The notes beneath the pieces are model-generated. The model was not told where the DNA came from, ran no database searches, and was given only the letters and a program-made list of their open reading frames with translations. A program made the translations under genes and the position numbers. Shown here piece by piece: positions 60,350 to 64,000 of a DNA stretch of 64,000 bases; position 1 is the first letter of the stretch, and every line of letters begins with the position of its first letter. The stretch is from a virus, in IMG/VR virus record IMGVR_UViG_3300027754_003462, one strand, 5' to 3'.

Positions 60350-61504
60350 ATGAACCAACAACAAATAGATTTAATCGAACAAGGCAATCAACATCGTGCC
60401 AATCACGAACCTGAAAAATCACTAAAATGTTATGCACAGGTTTTAGTTGACGACCCCGATAATGCCGCGGCATTTTGTAACTATGGCAACGTCATGCGTG
60501 AGTTGGGTTATCCCAAACGTGCTATACCATTTTTACAACATTCTATTCTATTGGATCCTTCTAACATTACTGCACAGTTTAATTTAGCAGTGGCATACCT
60601 GCTGACGGGTGACTATCAACGCGGGTGGGCGCAATACGAAACTCGTTGGCAATTTGAGCACTTGCAAGGTACTGAACCAAAATTCTCACAGCCACGCTGG
60701 CGTGGTGAAGATATTCGAGACAAAACTATTCTTGTGGTGGGCGAGCAAGGTCACGGAGACTGTGTTCAGTTTTCAAGATTTATTTTTAACTTGCATGCCA
60801 TGGGTGCTCGAATCAAATTACAAGTCACCGACGGATTGATCCCGTTGCTGAGTCAGAGCAACATTATAGAACATGTGGGTAGATACAACGAAGACATGGG
60901 CGAGTTTGATTACTGGGTTCCTATCATGAGTGTTCCTGGTATATTGGGCATCACATTAGATAACTTGCCACGAATGCAAAACTATCTTACTGCTACTCCG
61001 GCATTGACAAAAGCATGGCAAGATAGACTAGGTCCTAAAAAACGCATGCGGGTGGGTGTGAGTTGGAGTGGGCGCAAAGATTCTTGGATACATCAACACA
61101 AGAGTGTGCCGTTTCCGGTGATACTAGAAATGATTCAATCTAATCCTCAATACGAATGGATCAATCTACAAGTTGACGTGTCACCCGAAGAAGAGGCACA
61201 GTTAAATCAAGTTGGTGTCACTGGATATCCTGGAACAATTGTTAGTTTTGCTGACACAGCCGCATTGATCATGCACATGGATGTGGTGATATCTGTTGAC
61301 ACTGCCATCAGTCATTTGAGTGGCGCACTAGGTAGACCCACCTGGGTGATGTTGAATCAGTACGGACAGGACTGGCGTTGGTTGTTGGATCGCAACAATA
61401 GTCCTTGGTATCCTACTGCCACTTTGTTTAGACAACCCACACGCGGTGACTGGGCCAGTGTCACTAAAAAGATTGCTCAATACTTGTCATGGTATAAGGT
61501 TTAA
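60350..61504 (+). CDS. TPR-repeat plus GT-B (GT9/heptosyltransferase-like) glycosyltransferase
   Basis: N-terminal TPRs, EQGHGD..QF.RF, GVSWSG, FADTAA..DVVISVDT..HL.GALG.P and DWRW..SPWYP. Confidence 0.8.
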   Translation: MNQQQIDLIEQGNQHRANHEPEKSLKCYAQVLVDDPDNAAAFCNYGNVMRELGYPKRAIPFLQHSILLDPSNITAQFNLAVAYLLTGDYQRGWAQYETRWQFEHLQGTEPKFSQPRWRGEDIRDKTILVVGEQGHGDCVQFSRFIFNLHAMGARIKLQVTDGLIPLLSQSNIIEHVGRYNEDMGEFDYWVPIMSVPGILGITLDNLPRMQNYLTATPALTKAWQDRLGPKKRMRVGVSWSGRKDSWIHQHKSVPFPVILEMIQSNPQYEWINLQVDVSPEEEAQLNQVGVTGYPGTIVSFADTAALIMHMDVVISVDTAISHLSGALGRPTWVMLNQYGQDWRWLLDRNNSPWYPTATLFRQPTRGDWASVTKKIAQYLSWYKV

Positions 61505-62402
61505 ATTGATCCATTTGAATCATAATTTTGTTTCTAAATTTTTCGCTATGAAAATATTGTTTGTTATGTTCCACTCGATCTAACACTCGATAATAATCAT
61601 CTAATATAGTTCCACTGAGAACCCATTGCTCCGTAAAATCAGCAATTTTTTGAAGTCTGACAGTAGAGTTAGTTTCATTATCCCACGACTCCCAGGGCAC
61701 AATATCTCTAAACATATCTAGTCCTATATCCTGTAAAAATTTATTAACTCCTGGGCCACAGGCAATAATTGGAATTTGTCTAGCCATAAATGGTTTGCAA
61801 GTTTTTTCGCTTATCCATGATTGGTCTATTACTGTTTCAGTTACAAGATTCACTGCATACTGATTGTAAACTGCATGGCCAAGGCCATAAAATCCATCAT
61901 TCATTTGTCTATTCTCTAGACTTTCTCCCGGTAACACACGATAGTTAGCAAACGTATACATCATTTGATCTAATATATTTTTACGTTGAAATTCTTCAAA
62001 CAAATATGTTCGATGAGGTCGAGTGTTATTGTTTAGGCACATAACTTTTTGTGTTTTATTTGAGCCGGCATCCATAACAAATCTAGGCCACCAAAGATTT
62101 GCTCTCAAGCTGAACATCCATAAAAATATTGGGAAAAAATATACACCCGGTTTAGGTTGTAACCAAAATTCAAAATTGTTAGTCAATATTGGGTCTATGT
62201 TGGTTGGTATTTTATTATCTGGATAAGGATTATGCGTTATATCTACAACTTGATTTTTCAAAGGGTGAGTAGATAGCAAGTTTAATGTTTCGTCACAGTT
62301 TTCAAAATCGTTGTCTGTTATTACTAATGTATCTTCTAACAACCATTGTGTAAGATAAGTTCGATTGGTATAAAAACGTTCAGGGTTTAAATGATATATC
62401 AT
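61464..62402 (-). CDS. Putative glycosyltransferase (GT10/GT-B-like), AT-rich
   Basis: NLVTET..ISEKT.KP...Q.PI..G resembles the E(N)..(T/S)EK donor-binding motif of GT10. Start set at MIYHL. Confidence 0.45.
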   Translation of the reverse strand: MIYHLNPERFYTNRTYLTQWLLEDTLVITDNDFENCDETLNLLSTHPLKNQVVDITHNPYPDNKIPTNIDPILTNNFEFWLQPKPGVYFFPIFLWMFSLRANLWWPRFVMDAGSNKTQKVMCLNNNTRPHRTYLFEEFQRKNILDQMMYTFANYRVLPGESLENRQMNDGFYGLGHAVYNQYAVNLVTETVIDQSWISEKTCKPFMARQIPIIACGPGVNKFLQDIGLDMFRDIVPWESWDNETNSTVRLQKIADFTEQWVLSGTILDDYYRVLDRVEHNKQYFHSEKFRNKIMIQMDQFKPYTMTSIEQSF

Positions 62403-62418
62403 TGAGTATATAGCCAAC

Positions 62419-62441
62419 AAAAAACCTGCTGACGCAGGTTT
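62419..62441 (-). terminator. Rho-independent terminator
   Basis: AAACCTGC-GTCA-GCAGGTTT followed by TTT. Confidence 0.75.
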
Positions 62442-62473
62442 CTTGCCTTCCCATCTCACGGTGAATTTTTTTC

Positions 62474-63235
62474 TTACAGAGTATTTAGTTTGAGTTTGCA
62501 TTTGTCACCGTGAAAGCCGTTGTATCTTGCCTTGCTAGCCTGGATTCCACAATGTGGACAGATCTGTTTAGGCTGTTGAGTATAATGAGTTCCAGCGGCT
62601 TTTTGTGCCGCTACTGTTGCTGATAACTTTGCACCCATGCCTTCTGGTTTAGATTTACCTTTTGCCGCGTCTGACCGTATACGTTTTCCCTCTTCGCTCA
62701 TTGGTCCTTTGGGTTTGCCTTTTGCAGATAGAGACATTTTTAATTTTGTTTCTTCACTATGAGTTTGTCCAGTTCTCCTTGCCGCTAGTGCCGCCTTCCA
62801 TTCATCTGTTGGCTTAAACGGATTAGATGCTTTAGTTTCTCGAATTTTAATTTTTTGTGCTTCACTCATGGGCCTGCCTTTGTTATTAGCCTGGCGGCCA
62901 GACATTGTTGCACTATGCACCACTGAGAATTCCTTTTTAAGATTCTCGTAAACTCTTGCTGTAATCTTTGTTTCATACCGTTGAGTGCATTTACCGTTTC
63001 GTTTCATTCCATTTAATGCATAAATCATCTTTGCCTTTGCTTCACCAGTATGCATCTTAGTTAACAACCAGTGACATATAAAATGTTCTCTTGCTGTAAG
63101 ATCTACAAGATTGTTTTTGTCATCTGTGCCGTTTAGGCTCTTAGGTATAATATGATGGCGTTCAGTATATCCATTAAGTTTACGTGTTCTAGCACGATCT
63201 GTAATAGCAGTATACCAAATAGTATATTTATTCAT
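62474..63235 (-). CDS. Free-standing HNH homing endonuclease (paralog of 30081-30791)
   Basis: ERHHIIP.SL.G...NLV.LTAREHFICH, HSEETK.KMS and CPHC..H..C. Confidence 0.85.
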   Translation of the reverse strand: MNKYTIWYTAITDRARTRKLNGYTERHHIIPKSLNGTDDKNNLVDLTAREHFICHWLLTKMHTGEAKAKMIYALNGMKRNGKCTQRYETKITARVYENLKKEFSVVHSATMSGRQANNKGRPMSEAQKIKIRETKASNPFKPTDEWKAALAARRTGQTHSEETKLKMSLSAKGKPKGPMSEEGKRIRSDAAKGKSKPEGMGAKLSATVAAQKAAGTHYTQQPKQICPHCGIQASKARYNGFHGDKCKLKLNTL

Positions 63236-63282
63236 ACTGTTATTTATCTCTAACTTTACTTTTACGTAAATATGTAGTCAAT

Positions 63283-63308
63283 AAAAAAACGCCCCGAAGG
63301 GCGTTTTT
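63283..63308 (-). terminator. Rho-independent terminator after the major capsid gene
   Basis: AAAAACGCCC-TTCG-GGGCGTTTTTTT, with the T4-typical C(UUCG)G loop. Confidence 0.9.
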
Positions 63309-63334
63309 GTATATCGTGTAGATAAGAATAGTTC

Positions 63335-64000
63335 TTAACTGAACGATAGGTTCGAAACGGCTATCTCTCCCACATAATCTCCGGCATTGCCGAATGAAGA
63401 TGCAGTGTTTGTCAATTCGATGTAACCGTAACGTGTCATGAATGACACGACTGGTTCGAATGTGCTTGGATCCAACACAACGCCTGAAGACATCAAAGGA
63501 ATGTATGGGCAGTAGAATGCTGGAGCGTCTGCTTCTGAAGAACCTTTGTAACCGACCAACACTGGTGTTGTATCAGCTGCATAAGAGTCAACGAACACAC
63601 GCATGGCGCCGTTCAATGTACCAACAAACTTGGTGTTTGTAGGTGCTTCGAATGTGCCTTCTGTGGTACGTGCAAATGCGCTAGTTGTAGCAGATTGCAA
63701 CACTGTCAAGGCAGCTGAAGAGACAACAGCATAGTTACCTGCGCCACGACGTGTGCGTTGGGCGATCAAGTTAGCAACACGGTTGATCAAAACAGCCAAT
63801 GCGGCGTGTTCGTCACCAACGAATGTAGCAGTACCTGAAACAGTTGCTTGGTTGTATGTGAACTCAGTTGCTGCCAATGAACGCAGGCTCAAGAGAATCT
63901 CTTGGTCGATTTCAGCAGTAATTTCTTGAGCCAAAGCAGCCATAATTTCTGCTTCAACGTCAATACCGTGCATGGCTTGTGCATCTTGTGCAGATTCAAA
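63335..64000 (-). CDS. gp23: Major capsid protein (3' part, start outside the window)
   Basis: E.AQD..AMHGIDVEAE, EI..EI, TRRG.GN, VGYKG, FYCPYIPL and FMTRYG. Confidence 0.95.
   Translation of the reverse strand, partial: FESAQDAQAMHGIDVEAEIMAALAQEITAEIDQEILLSLRSLAATEFTYNQATVSGTATFVGDEHAALAVLINRVANLIAQRTRRGAGNYAVVSSAALTVLQSATTSAFARTTEGTFEAPTNTKFVGTLNGAMRVFVDSYAADTTPVLVGYKGSSEADAPAFYCPYIPLMSSGVVLDPSTFEPVVSFMTRYGYIELTNTASSFGNAGDYVGEIAVSNLSFS

Larger units (their letters stand above)
1563..63246. promoter_or_regulatory. Dispersed TAAATA late-promoter motif (T4 TATAAATA-like)
   Basis: Minus-strand copies (left coordinate) at 1563, 5329, 8140, 12770, 13712, 18548, 19063, 21696, 25193, 28877, 34932, 58709, 60301, 62482 and 63241. 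Plus-strand copies at 25253, 27462, 30071 and 60339. Variants TAAGTA (41469, 48613) and TATATA (59343, 62407). Nearly all lie just upstream of a gene start on the matching strand. Confidence 0.85.

Noticed and set aside
802-62501. Longest-ORF starts in the track (832, 1626, 4144, 9803, 10530, 11656, 15167, 25218, 25224, 27438, 33489, 60299, 62501)
   Set aside because: These extensions run through neighbouring genes, promoters or terminators. Downstream starts fit SD, promoter or gene-overlap evidence better.
27531-63235. Group I introns or inteins hosting the endonucleases
   Set aside because: Flanking genes end normally and appear intact. Terminase, UvsX and the visible part of gp23 show no intein-sized inserts.
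63267-63272. Plus-strand TAAATA facing the gene 23 terminator
   Set aside because: It has no downstream ORF and sits in AT-rich sequence, so it is probably chance.
1-64000. Stop-codon reassignment, tRNA or rRNA genes
   Set aside because: Core genes are full length in the standard code and TAA, TGA and TAG are all used as stops. No cloverleaf or rRNA-like sequence was seen in the short intergenic gaps.
1-64000. Bacterial chromosome, prophage, contractile injection system or eukaryotic giant virus
   Set aside because: T4-type capsid, terminase, neck, tail and recombination genes occur together with T4-like late promoters. No integrase or cellular housekeeping genes are present.

Overview
This is a 64-kb segment of a large T4-like myovirus genome, mostly on the minus strand and in the standard genetic code. 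From left to right it holds: (1) a glycosyltransferase and a nucleotidyltransferase-cupin fusion; (2) UvsY, UvsX and gp32; (3) a 931-aa modular protein, the large terminase, an SGNH-like gene and two radical SAM genes; (4) a signal-peptide nuclease and a block of probable internal head proteins; (5) a probable small terminase, gp4, tail tube and sheath; (6) dNMP kinase, an oxygenase and an exonuclease; (7) neck genes gp13, gp14 and gp15 split across strands; (8) a ~25-kb array of giant G/T/N/S/A-rich repeat fibre genes next to three putative glycosyltransferases; (9) the 3' part of major capsid gene 23. Three free-standing homing endonucleases are interspersed. A TAAATA late-promoter motif precedes most transcription units. 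The most notable hypotheses are a phage-encoded fibre glycosylation system, protease-segmented internal polyproteins with capsid-targeting-sequence proteins, and an unlisted 25-aa peptide beside the radical SAM pair. Regulatory features of note are probable leaderless late mRNAs, RBS-occluding hairpins overlapping late promoters, and a probable ATT start for gp14. All family assignments come from motif recognition by eye; no database search was run.
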